Source: Octopus sinensis (Eukaryota). From it: 64,000 bases of DNA. The notes under the pieces were generated by a model. The model did no database searches, was not told the origin of the DNA, and saw only the letters and a list, made by a program, of their open reading frames with translations. Shown here in pieces: positions 27,586 to 39,691 of the stretch (position 1 is the stretch's first letter; each line of letters starts with the position of its first letter). The position numbers and the translations under genes are program-made. The DNA lies in assembly GCF_006345805.1 (NCBI RefSeq), contig NC_043002.1:105586001-105650000 (forward strand), read 5' to 3'.

Positions 27586-27689
27586 AGCGCTGCTTCTGAT
27601 TGGTCAATCCATGGTGATGACCCGAGGTCACGGTGACAGCGCTGCTTCTGATTGGTCTATCCATGGTGATGACTTGAGGTCACGGTGAC
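27586..27689 (+). repeat. Tandem duplication of a 52-bp unit with a reverse CCAAT box and nuclear-receptor-like half sites
   Basis: Units 27586-27637 and 27638-27689 differ at 3 positions. Confidence 0.9.
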
Positions 27690-27949
27690 GGCACTACTTT
27701 TGTCATTCATAAGTTACAACTAAACGTGAAGAATTTCGCTCGTTAGATACGTTTACAAGCCACTCGTTGTAATAAATACGGTATCCATAGGGAACTCGTT
27801 TGGTATTCTCTATATATTACACAGACATACTACAGGAGTAACGCAGTGATGTGGTGTTTCTTCTCAACGGAATTCTTAAGGTTTCAAAGCAATATTATTG
27901 TAATTTTATCATTTTCTATTTTCGTTTGAGTTTCTTTTATTCTTTTCTG

Positions 27950-28140
27950 TGTTTCAGTCCTTTGACTGCGGCCATGGTGGAGCACCGCCTTTAGTCGAAC
28001 AAATCGACCCCAGGACTTATTCTTTGAAAGCCTAGTGATTATCCTATCGGTCTATTTTGCCGCATCGCTGAGTTACGGGGACATAAACACGCCAACATCG
28101 GCCGTTAAGCGATGTTGGGGGGACAAACACAGACACACAA
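27950..28140 (-). mobile_element. SINE 3' half
   Basis: Homologous to 33041-33240; minus-strand tail ggcggtgctccaccatggccgcagtcaaaggactgaa. Confidence 0.75.
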
Positions 28141-28179
28141 ACATATACACATGCCCACACACACACACATATTCCCCAT

Positions 28180-28378
28180 GATTGATTGCTAGCCACTAAA
28201 CCTTTTTTTTATATTTTCTCTCTCTGTTTATTTCTGTGTTTCTTTCTGCCGAAGAGCCTAGGCTCGAAACATAAAACACTTTCTCATTTCCCGAGCATTA
28301 AACTAATATATCTGTTTGTTGTTTACACACCTGTCTTCTTTTGTTTTGTTTATTCTTTTTTGGTAAATTCCAACTATA
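28180..28378 (+). mobile_element. PLE terminal fragment with hammerhead motif (28246-28270)
   Basis: CTGcCGA-a-GAGCC-ta-GGCTC-GAAAC followed by ccgagcattaaactaat; ends against (CA)n/(AT)n. Confidence 0.65.
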
Positions 28379-28409
28379 CATACACACATACATATATATA
28401 TATATATAT

Positions 28410-28441
<32 letters not shown>

Positions 28442-28442
<1 letters not shown>

Positions 28443-28817
28443 CTATATAAACGGCAGTCTGTCTGTGCGTGTTTCTGTGTGTCTGTTTGCTTGTACCCTC
28501 ACTCTGACCACGGCTTTCAACCGATTCTGATGAAACTTGACACACACATAGCCCAATGTCATAATTCAAACTAACGCAGCGAAAATTTTGAAAAGTTCCC
28601 CCAGTTCTGAAAAAAATCGATAAATTCGACATGGGGTCGAGAATCAGAAACACAAACCACAGAATGTCTAGGGGACGCAACTCGACCTTTTTTAACTCAA
28701 AAAAATTTACCATAATTTTTTTTCCATTTTTTTTGCTATTTTTTGGCTATAACTCTCTGAAAATGCTTTATAGTTATTTCCCTTACAAACCTGAGCAACG
28801 CCGGGCGATACTGCTAG
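28442..28817 (+). mobile_element. Non-autonomous Helitron (HINE/DINE-1-like)
   Basis: Starts TC after an A, has a GTCT-like repeat near the 5' end, an accgattctgatgaaact motif, a 3' hairpin cctgagcaacgccggg and terminal CTAG before a T. Confidence 0.8.
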
Positions 28818-29129
28818 TATATATATAAATATATATAACTTAAATTAGAGATAAAACCACTATTAGGCAACTCAAACAGTGATAGACATAAACCAAAACA
28901 TAAAAAATAAAAAATAATTAATATAATATACAATATATATACAAAATATGAAATTTATAATTTAAATTATTAAAATTTAAAATTTTTAAACTTATGTTTA
29001 TAAATTATTATATTTTTATTATATATATATATCTTTTTTTAATATATATGTATGTATGTATGTGTATATAAACATATATACATACATACATACATACATA
29101 TATACACACACATATATATATATATAATA

Positions 29130-29990
29130 ATAATAATAATAAATATTAGGGAATAAATCCAAATTTACAGGGAAAAAATCAGATTTAGGATTAAATCCAA
29201 TTTTATAGTAAAATGGGTTTCATTTATCATGATGGTTTATTAATGTTTTGGAGTAAATTTACGTTGATTATATATTATTCCGTTCATAATTTTAAAAAAT
29301 ACGTTCGATCACCACGTGTAAAGAATTGTTTATTTTTCTTTTGAGTGTTTATGTATGTGTGAATGTGTGTGTGTGTGTGCGATTGTTTGCGTAATTTATT
29401 TATCGGTATAGATGTGGGTGTGAATATATTGGAGTATATATCGAGTTCTGTATGTATGTATATGTATGTGTGAGCGGATATATATGTATATGTTTATGTA
29501 TGTGGTTGTTGTATGTGTGTGTGAGGGAGTATGAATAAGTAATGTGTTGAAGTATTTGGCTATTTTATTTATTTACCGTTGCCTAGACGTTTTTATGTGT
29601 ATGTATAGGGATATATATGTAGGTGTGTGAGTTAGTGTATGTATTTAGATATGGTTATATATACTTAGTTATAAGTGTATGCGTACGTGTGTATATATAG
29701 TTTTATTTTTTTTTTTTTATATTTAATTGTTGATAGGGTTTATTTTAGATTATATATTGATTATATATGGATTATATATAGGTTATATATAGATTAATTA
29801 TTATATTTTTTATTTTTAAAATATTTTAAACTTATATTTTAATATATTGATATTTTAGATCGGAAATCCACCTGAAGATTGTCATTAGAATATGAAACAA
29901 TTGTAGTGGCGGTTTTTTTACTTTTTATTAAAATTTTATGTGTTGATTAAGTCTTTCCTTGTTTGTTTTGCAAAATAGTGGTTTTGTCTC
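29130..29990 (+). mobile_element. Probable PLE-derived fragment ending in a hammerhead motif
   Basis: Extremely C-poor sequence leading to the HHR core at 29868-29909. Boundaries approximate and the family assignment rests mainly on the ribozyme. Confidence 0.45.
29868..29909 (+). ncRNA. Minimal type I hammerhead motif with weak stem II
   Basis: CCAC-CTGAAGA-ttgtcattagaatat-GAAA-CAATTGTA-GTGG; stem I 4 bp, palindromic stem III ACAATTGT, GUA triplet. Confidence 0.6.
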
Positions 29991-30015
29991 TAATTAATAT
30001 TATATATATAATATA

Positions 30016-30529
30016 TGGCAAATATATATAAATGGCAAATATGCGTCACGATATATATATATATATAATATATCGTGACGCATATTTGCCATTTAAATAT
30101 GGCTAACCCCTAAGGGTGGATGCTACTGTAGTTTGTAGCCCCAGGAAGGTATCTCCTCCAGCTGGCTATAGACACACTATCTGTGCCCTCTCAGTATTTG
30201 TGAAGGGAAGTCATCCTCCCCGTCTTCAACTCATGATACACACGGACTGGAGTTTCAAGGTGTTTACCTATCATCAGCGTGTGACAATCATGGTTGTCGA
30301 CGAGAAGTCAGCTCCCTTCACAAATACATATACTTTTTCCAGTGTCGATTGACACTGATATTGAAAAAGTGAAATCAAACAATGATAAATCTCAGAGCGA
30401 GTTATAAACAGTAGCGGTAACACATCGTGACGTATATTTGCCATTTGAATATGGCTAACCCCTAAGGGTGGATGCTACTGTAGTTTGTAGCCCCAGGAAG
30501 GTATCTCCTCCAGCTGACTATAGACACAC

Positions 30530-30532
<3 letters not shown>
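30016..30532 (-). mobile_element. Hammerhead-bearing element with direct terminal repeats (family copy B)
   Basis: 109-bp direct repeats 30072-30180/30424-30532 (3 mismatches, period 352), a 24-bp inverted copy of the repeat start at 30029-30052, a 15-bp inner inverted repeat 30194-30208/30313-30327 and a central HHR; flanked by (AT)n. Confidence 0.85.
30239..30283 (-). ncRNA. Type I hammerhead ribozyme motif, intact core
   Basis: Minus strand: CACACG-CTGATGA-t-AGGT-aaac-ACCT-t-GAAA-CTCCAGTC-CGTGTG; perfect 6-bp stem I, GUC triplet. Confidence 0.85.
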
Positions 30533-30567
<35 letters not shown>

Positions 30568-30574
30568 ATACACA

Positions 30575-30720
30575 CGACGGGCTTTTTTCAGTTTCCATCT
30601 ACTAAATTCACTCACAAGGCTCTGGTAGGCCCGAGGCTGTTATTGAAGACGCTTGCCCCAGGTGCCACGCAGTGGGACTGAACTCGGAACCATGTGGTTG
30701 GTAAGCAAGCTACTTACCAC
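30575..30720 (-). mobile_element. tRNA-derived SINE with a CORE-like ctggggcaagcgtctt segment
   Basis: Head gtggtaagtagcttgcttacc...ggttccgagttcagtccc. Confidence 0.8.
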
Positions 30721-31489
30721 AGAAACATTTAGAAGAGTTTTCAAATATTTACAGACTTTCGTTGTCTTATCTTCGGGAAGAGTTATTATTAGTGCATTTC
30801 AACACTTCTTAACGGTAGGTAAAGCCACTGGGATTTGTAACGATATTGCACCAACGGTATTAGAGTTTTTTTTAACGATGCCATTTATAGATTCCATCAG
30901 AAAGTTAGAGGTCGTAAGTATCACAAGTAAAACCGATACATGAGTCAAACAAGAAGGATACCCTCATGTCAGCACGAGATAGAAAGCAAAATTAGATAAG
31001 AAAACATTAGTAAACAATATATCTATATTTTAGTAGAATTCCCACAGAGAAAATAGACGATTATTATAGTTAGAGATGATCCGATTGAGAACTTTAAACA
31101 GTGTACTTTAATCACGAAGAAACATAGACATTTGGCTGATTGCAGATAAAACTTCAAGTATTCAAATTCCGTTTGTAACGACAGTGCTTATCTCGTTGCC
31201 CCTCACAGGTATAAAGCGACAACAAAACGTGCCAACTTCCACTTCCTTTTGTACATATGAAGTTCTGGAAGTGTTGATGATGGATTTCGGAATGTTATTT
31301 CGATAAAGAGTAAGGAAATCGTATGAAGAGAATAGTCTTCTTAAGAACTATAACACTAGTACGCAATCCTGTATTCAATGGACCAGCTCTATAAGAAAAC
31401 TAATTCGCATACACAACCTATATACGCATAAATGCTTATATACATGTCTGTGTGTGAGTATGCATGTGAGTGTGTATATATGTATGCAC

Positions 31490-31515
31490 GCGTGTATGTT
31501 TGTATGTAAGTATGC

Positions 31516-31550
<35 letters not shown>

Positions 31551-31742
31551 TAGACATTCATGTATACGTTTGTGGGTAAATATGTATGTGCAAATGGATA
31601 TATATTAATGTGTATGTGTACGTGTGTGTGTGGTCATATACACACACATATATACATGTGTATATATGTATATATATGTATATATATATGTGTGTGTGTC
31701 TGTGTGTGTATGTGTGTTGTGTGGTCATATACACACTTATAT

Positions 31743-31796
<54 letters not shown>

Positions 31797-31850
31797 TTAT
31801 GTATATATATATATATATAATATATATATATATACACATTTGTACATTGT
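31490..31850. repeat. Mixed (AGAT)n/(GT)n/(AT)n
   Basis: Direct reading. Confidence 0.9.
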
Positions 31851-32877
31851 ATATATGTTTAGCTGATCAATATATATATATAATATGTACACAGTATATA
31901 TGTTTAGCTGATGTTAACGCTGTTTTGGGAAGGAAAAAATATAACTCAATTTATGTGTTAGTGATTCTGCGCATGTATATAGGCGTGTAGCTAAATCTGG
32001 GTATGTGTATTTCGTGCCAGGCTAATAGATGTATTAAGTTATTAGTTTCCCATAGCAAAAGACCCTTTCCATTCATTTATATTGAAGCGAAGGAGGCCAC
32101 TCGACTATATCTTTTGATCACCAGCCATAAAAACAGACGTTAAGCGCTATTACGGACCTCACAAACACACACACACACATACGAACACACATTTATAATA
32201 TACATTTGTATTTATACAATGCATAAACACACACACACACATATGAATATATGGATATATATATATGGACATATATATATGTATATATATATGAGAGAGA
32301 GACACACATATACATACACACACACACATATATATGTGTGTGTGTGTGTGTGAGATATGTATACTGTATTCATATGCATATATATATTATATGTATATAC
32401 TTATATATTTATGTGTTTGTATGTCTATGCACGTGCATACGTACACGTATATATACACTCCCGCAAACACATTCGTGCACACATCGGTGTATAACACTGG
32501 ACTCGACGCCTTTGCCGCCTCCGATGCAAAGTTTGTTTGTGACGAAAAGTGGTAGTGGTGGTGGTGGTGGTGGTGGTGGTGGTAGCAGCAGCAGCAGCTG
32601 CACAGCAGCAGCAGTAGCGTAGTAGTAGTAGTAGTAGTAGTAGTAGTAATCTTATTCCTTTGGTGGCCGTTTTGTAGATTCCTTGTAATTTTCCTTCTCT
32701 CTCATTTCAGGTTCTTTTTTTTTAATGATGACGCATTTCGTTCCTTTCATAAAATCACTTGTATCTTTGTACCCGATCTTTGTTTCCCCCATCTTATTAC
32801 TGCTATCGTTGTTGTGATATTTCTCGCTCTCTCTGATACTGCTCTTCTAACTGTTGTTTTCCTTTTTATGGCTGCTG

Positions 32878-32925
<48 letters not shown>

Positions 32926-33040
32926 ACTACTACTACTATTGTCTTCCATGCTTTATTCTTACCGCTACTATTAATGTTTCTGTAGTGGTGGTCACTGCTG
33001 CAGCTCCTATTGTTGTTATCGCTGATTTCTTTTATTTGTT

Positions 33041-33240
33041 TCAGTCATTTGACTGTGACCATGCTGGAGAACCGCCTTTAGTCGAGCAAATCGACCCCAG
33101 ATTTCAGTCATTGTGAGCCTAGTACTTATACTATAGGTCCTTTTTTAACGAACAGCACCGCTAAGTTATCGGGACGTAAACACACCAGCATCTGTTGTCA
33201 AACGGTGGTGGGAGGAAAAAACACAGACACACAAACATAT
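33041..33240 (-). mobile_element. SINE 3' half
   Basis: Homologous to 27950-28140. Confidence 0.75.
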
Positions 33241-33254
33241 ACATACATATATAC

Positions 33255-33292
<38 letters not shown>

Positions 33293-33383
33293 TAGACAGA
33301 TAGATAGATATAGATAGATAGTAGATATATAGATAGATAGATGATATACAGACAGACAGATAGATAGATAGATAGATATAGAT

Positions 33384-33421
<38 letters not shown>

Positions 33422-33496
33422 ATAGATAGATACATAGATAGATAGATAGATAGATAGACAGATGACAGACAGCATACACATACATACATACATACA

Positions 33497-33525
<29 letters not shown>
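33255..33525. repeat. (GACA)n(GATA)n(CATA)n compound tetranucleotide repeat
   Basis: Direct reading. Confidence 0.95.
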
Positions 33526-33528
<3 letters not shown>

Positions 33529-34104
33529 GGTAACGTAAAGTTTCCTTCCTGAGTCCTACCGTCTCAAAAGGACCGGTTTCCTTGTTCCCATGGCGTATAC
33601 ATTTCCCAAATCTCACTCTTACATGCTTTTTTTTCTGGTAGAAATCGGTCGAGCTCAGACCTGCGAGAGATTGATTACGCTATGTTTTAAGGATCCCCAA
33701 AAAAGCTGTACTTCCCTAATACACTCCCTTCGACTCCACAGTTGACTAACCTACCAAGACCACCCATTCCACTACCAAAATAGCTGCTGCACAGATATAA
33801 TACAACAGCCGGTGTGTAATCTAGTCAGTACCTCTGATTACATTTCCCAATGTGACTCTCTGATTCCAATATGTTAAAGTCTAACTTGAGTGTGTTTTCA
33901 CTTGCACTTCTCGCTTATGCAACGGCGAAGTCATTGTTGCTGATATTACTTATCGTTAGGGTCACAGCTGACATTCTCTCTCTTGGCTATTAACAATGTT
34001 GTTGATATTGATGTCCTTATTGGTGTTGTATTATGAAATGGTTGTCTTTGATACTGCTGTTTCCGAAACTTCTTAACAATAAATACCAGTATTGTTCTGG
34101 CCCT

Positions 34105-34235
34105 TTATATTCTGAGTTCGAATCTCACCAGTCGACTTAAGCTTTCATCTTCCTGGAGTCGATAAAATGGGGTATCAATCGAATACTTGGATTGATGTTA
34201 ATCCAAGACCCCTCCCTACAGATTTTAGGCCTGAT
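34105..34235 (+). mobile_element. Degraded SINE
   Basis: ttctgagttcgaatctc...gtcgac...ctttcatc...gtcgataaa resembles the 15 kb and 26.7 kb family. Confidence 0.5.
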
Positions 34236-34299
34236 GTTGTTGTAGTTGTTGCTGCTGTCGGTGGAGGTGGTTAAGGTGTCAGTGTAGTTACTGCTGTTA

Positions 34300-34330
<31 letters not shown>

Positions 34331-34709
34331 TGGTCTCAATATTACTGAGTTTTACCCTTTTCTTCTAGTTATTGTTGTTATTTTTTTTTTAACAGTTGTG
34401 GTTTTGCAGGCATTTTTGTAGGTGGGGGAGATGGTGGCGAATATTTTTTTTTTTGTCTTTTGCCGGCTTTTGCTAAAAGTGATAGTTACGGTTCATTTGC
34501 TAATAGACTTGTCACTGTTGCTGTCACTGTTACTATGGTGACAGTCGTATTTCTTTTGTTGTTGTTGTTGTTGTTGTTGTTGCCATTGCTGCCGAGATTG
34601 TATTTTTCTTTATGCTATTCTTGCATAATTTCATCAACATCAGCCTCATCACCACCATCATCACTGCCACATCCATCATTGCTGTCATCATTATCATCCG
34701 CAACATCAT

Positions 34710-34710
34710 C

Positions 34711-34745
<35 letters not shown>

Positions 34746-34747
34746 TC

Positions 34748-34790
<43 letters not shown>

Positions 34791-34981
34791 TGATGATGAT
34801 GATGATTATGATGATGGTGATGATAATTGTCATCCAAGTTCATTAGCCAAGAAGAGAATTTGTCATGTAGATTATCGATTTCCTCAAAAATACAACTGCA
34901 GCAAACAAATCAACACACACACACACACACACACATACATACCTATGTACGTTACGTACATACATATATACCTGTATACAG

Positions 34982-35062
<81 letters not shown>

Positions 35063-35208
35063 TGTATGTATATATATATTATATATATATATATGTTATC
35101 TTTGTATGCGTGTACTTACAAACATACAAACACACGCACACACACACACACACCTATATACCTATGTACGTACATACCTATATACCTGTATACAGTTATA
35201 TATATATG

Positions 35209-35269
<61 letters not shown>

Positions 35270-35375
35270 TATATATATATATATATATGTATATCTTATT
35301 TCTTTGCGTGTACTTACAAACATACAAACACACACACACACACACACGTACACACACACATACACACACACACAA
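34710..35375. repeat. (TAA)n followed by AC/AT/TATG microsatellites with repeated spacer units
   Basis: Direct reading; the spacer cgtgtacttacaaacatacaaacacac occurs at about 35109 and 35308. Confidence 0.85.
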
Positions 35376-36352
35376 AATTACACATACCATTCCTCAATGA
35401 TGTGCTTCCTTCATTAAGCAGTTATCTATTGTAGCGTTAATGTAATTAGTCGTCACTTTTTCTACTTGAATCTTTAATTAATCTTCATGTCAACAATATT
35501 TTTACCCTTTGCTCTACAGTTTTCCAGTTGAGATTCGTAAATACAGTCAGCATATTACTGTAATTACATGCCAAGAATCATTAGACTTTATGCTTAAGTT
35601 CTTCCCGGTGACACAATGACACAACACTGCTCGGTTTCGATCTTGGACTTCGTTGCTTTCATTTTAAGTGTTACATGTATACACACTATATACACACATA
35701 GTCGCGTGTATGTGCAAGTATGCGCGTGTGTGTGGTGTGTGTGTGTATTTGCTTCATTGGTGTCCCTATATACGAAATCCAGTTCCATTACCGAATTGAC
35801 AAGTGCAATAAAAACATTTCACGTTTCCTTACTTTCTTGTCGTTAGTTGTTATTTTATCGAGGTTTTAGTCCCTGATTGAATAAATCACACATCAAACGG
35901 ATTCCCACCATGTTCCGCTTTTCTATATTTCTTTAGACTACTTAACCAATCGCATATTTCATTTAATTAAGTTAGCCGGATTATTATATAAGAGGGAGCT
36001 TTGGCTAATGTTTCTAGCAAGCGAATATATTACTTAGTATATCACACATACACACTCTCTCCTTTCACTCCATCTCCCTCTCTCACTCTCTCTCCCCCTC
36101 ACACACACGCACACGCACATATAAGGTAATCTTTATATCCAACTTGCGGTTTATGTGTTTGGTTTTATGCACCAAGCACCTATATGAGAAGATCGCTCAA
36201 CGCTAATAGCGCAGTATTCGGTGTTCTAGCAAGACATTCATGTTAAGTTGAATAGAAGCACTATCTTTTGGCATTAATGCTGCTTTCGTCGCTAATAATA
36301 ACAATAATAATAATAATTATAATAATAATAATGATAATAATAAATAATTGGT

Positions 36353-36818
36353 ATAAAAGATGGGCTACAGCAAATATTCTGCTCAATACCACAGATTTGC
36401 TTGTCAGTTGTTTGACCTTAACCAGTTGAGCATGTCCCTTAGTGGCTGACGATATGTGCATCTCTGATCACGAGCAGAAGTAGTGGGGGAGCATCATAGC
36501 CATGTGTTGAGAGGGATTCTTTGGGGTTTGAATAGTTCACCTCTGGAAACATGGGTGGTTCTTTCAACATCCTTAAACAACCCTTATTCAGGGACCGTTT
36601 GAGCAGGATGGGCTACTCAAAATGAAGAAAATTCTAACTGGGCCCCACCTGCAAGGTCATGTGCTGTTTATCTTGATATGAGATCACCATGTCGCGCACA
36701 TATGGTTGTGATGCATGTGCCTGGTGTACCTTTATCAGACGGGTAGTCATGATGGTATATTGGGCTTCGTATATTTTACCCCAGTGTCACTTTGATGGCA
36801 TGAACTGCTCTCTCACTC
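36353..36818 (+). mobile_element. Unclassified ~465-bp repeat embedded in (TAA)n, copy 2
   Basis: Nearly identical to 7021-7486, with the same end points. Confidence 0.8.
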
Positions 36819-36837
36819 AATAATAATAATAATAATA

Positions 36838-36901
<64 letters not shown>

Positions 36902-36907
36902 AATAAT

Positions 36908-36945
<38 letters not shown>

Positions 36946-36954
36946 TTATGTACA

Positions 36955-37359
36955 TATACAAGGACGATGTTACTGTTATTTAGCCCCAGGAAAACATCTT
37001 TTCCACTTGCCTACTGGCACACAGTTTCTGCCCGTGTATTATATGCATGGGGAGGCATCGCTCTCATCTGTAGCCTTACGTAATACTCACAGACCTCTAT
37101 GTTTCTGGGTAGCCACCCGTCCTCAGTGTGAGACAATCACTGGATAATGATGAAGGCTCCCTCCAGTTGCAACAATTACTATATATATTTTTTAAACGAC
37201 ACACGGTTGCTGATCTCGTAAAGAGAAAAACCAACTTGTTTTAAATCTGTGAGCGAGAAATATACGGCAACAGTACCGAACAGTAAATTTTATTTGCCAA
37301 CATAATATTACAGTCGTATACAAGGACGATGTTACGGTTATTTAGCCTCTGGAAAACAT
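36955..37359 (-). mobile_element. Hammerhead-bearing element with direct terminal repeats (family copy C)
   Basis: 43-bp direct repeats 36955-36997/37317-37359 (3 mismatches, period 362) containing tatttagccccaggaa; central HHR; degraded inner inverted repeat ggggaggc/gctccc. Confidence 0.8.
37086..37132 (-). ncRNA. Type I hammerhead ribozyme motif, intact core
   Basis: Minus strand: CTCACA-CTGAGGA-c-GGGT-ggct-ACCC-a-GAAA-CATAGAGGTC-TGTGAG; perfect 6-bp stem I, GUC triplet. Confidence 0.85.
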
Positions 37360-37367
37360 ATGGGTGT

Positions 37368-37400
<33 letters not shown>

Positions 37401-37404
<4 letters not shown>

Positions 37405-37706
37405 CGTGATCACCGTGACCGACCAGGCTATCAGATGTTGTTACACATCGCTGGTCACAATGCGCTTCGCATTGTTTTAGCCTTCAAATGACGCCACCCC
37501 ACTGGCTAAGCGAGCAGGCCAACAGAAGAAAGAGTGAGAGAAAGAGTGGTGAAGGAGTACAGCAGGGATCACCACCCCCTGCCGGAGCCTCGTGGAGCTT
37601 TTAGGTGTTTTCGCTCAATAAACACACAACGCCCGGTCTGGGAATCGAAACCGTGATCCTACGACCGCGAGTCCGCTGCCCTAACCACTGGGCCATTGCG
37701 CCTCCA
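37401..37706 (-). mobile_element. tRNA-derived SINE in (AT)n; head shared with 58474-58865 but a different 3' tail
   Basis: Head tggaggcgcaatggcccagtggttagggcagcggactc...ggtttcgattccc. Confidence 0.9.
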
Positions 37707-39691
37707 TATATATATATATATGCATGTTTCTATCTATCTATTTCTCTCCCATTCCCTCTCTCTCTCACTCTCTACTTGGTCCTCCGCATACCCATAAGTT
37801 AATGGATGTATAGATGGACGGATGGGGAGATGAACTGATGGACAGATAGGTAGAAAATTGTGTTTTGGGGGAGTAAACAGGATTAGCTCCTTGTATCTAC
37901 AGATTAACTGTACTGATGGTTCATTCTGAAGTATTCCCTTGAATGGTGCTTAGGATATTTATAAACGAGGAAAGCTTTTGGTTAACCGTGCGGTTGATGA
38001 TGTGGTTGGCAACAGTTTGATGATTCGCTTCCTACTGACAGGAATCAGCATGAAGGTTGTGCTTGAGAATGTATCATGTGACCAGTTGTCTGTGGATGAA
38101 CATGTGATTGGTTACGCAGTTAATTGTATGGTCAGTGACATTTATCCTGTTTGTCAGTTATCCGGTGTGGGGTGTGTGTCATCCTCCAAGGTGGCGAGTA
38201 GAAATCTTTGCTAAAGTGGCAACTTTACAAGATTTAATACGACATACGAGATGCACAAGCAATTTCGCAAGTGATCTACTAGCAATTCTTAAGGGATGAG
38301 GTTTGGTCGATACCATCAATCGGTACTTAATCGATATTTTATTTCATCGATCCCGAAAAAATGAAAAGAAAGATTGGATTTGGCGGGATATGAACTAAAC
38401 ATGTTAAGACCGATGTGAAATATGGGAAAACATCTTTTGACGATCTAAAGGTTTTGCCACCAAGCCACCAAGGAACTGGAAGAAAAAATAAGAACCTTAT
38501 AATTTGTTTAGTGAGAAAAGATAAACCAACGCTTATTTACTCTTTTGGGAAGTGAGGAAATAATACTCAGCATCCGGAGACCAGGAGCAAATACTTGCAA
38601 CAGTTTGTATTCGTATCATCCAAGGACCAAATATTGATATTCAATCTGTTGCTTTGTGGAGAATTTACACTAGAAATTCTCACCTGGGCACTTTTAGCGA
38701 TTAGTTATGTCACTCAGCATTCCAAGTTCAAAACTCATCAGAATTAAGTTTACTTTTCATTCTTTTTGTTGAAATAATCAGTAAATAAACGGTTTTGATT
38801 GATGGAAATTATTACGGCCTTTGTCGGTAAATTTTGATCATGTATCTGTGTCTGTATTTGCAGATGTGAGTAAGATTTTTCTCAGAAGACAACCAGCTAC
38901 CCATGCTTGCAAGCATCTTCTCTACAAGTCACTGATGTGTAACTAAGGGAAAAGCCACCGACTTGAGCCGATTGATAGATCTCGTCACCAGCGAGTTGCA
39001 AGCTTCGCTATCAGAACATAAAAAGCCAGAACAGGTGCTACAAGACCTCGCACCCAAAATTTTTTATATTTTTTACTGACTCCATAAAAGTCAAGGAACA
39101 AATCCCTTGAAGTAGTCTACCAACACTTTAAAAATTGGTAATTCGCTGCCTCCAAATGAATGTAGCTTTCCCCAGCCTTAAACCAAACCCTACATGCCAG
39201 CCATACACCTAACCTCACATCCCTGCCATAAACACCAGCCCTAAATTCATTCATTAAAATGTCAGAAATCTTTGCTGAAAATTAGGAAACTATTTCTGAG
39301 CAATCCTGCTGATATTGGCAGCAACTCGCGAACTCACACGAAAAGTTAGCAACGCATCTGAATATTTGAATACCTAAAATAAAATAAAAATAGGGTAAAA
39401 CATAATTTTTTTTAAATCTATAGTTTTGACAATTATTTCACGGTTTAAATACCTCCAGGTTTTATAAATTTTTCATTGATTATCAGCTAAAAATCTGAAA
39501 AATGGACATTTTTGCAAATATTTTAAATGTTAAATTTGACCTTAGGTTTGAAGAATACAAAATGTTGCTATTTCAGGAAACAAAATTCGAAAAACCAAAA
39601 ATAAATTACACCTAAAAAGAAAATTCAAATAGAAAAAAACACTGAGATATTTGCAAGTGAACATAGCGGGAAGAAAACATTCGATTTTACA

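Noticed and set aside
28520-28540. CTGATGA at about 28526 as a hammerhead core, and similar isolated CTGANGA hits near 7113, 7290 and 41412
   Set aside because: No properly placed stem II, GAAA and NUH; the 28.5 kb hit is part of the Helitron body.
27586-30532. Short direct repeats as a CRISPR-like array
   Set aside because: Eukaryotic context, only two units each, and no repeat-spacer periodicity.
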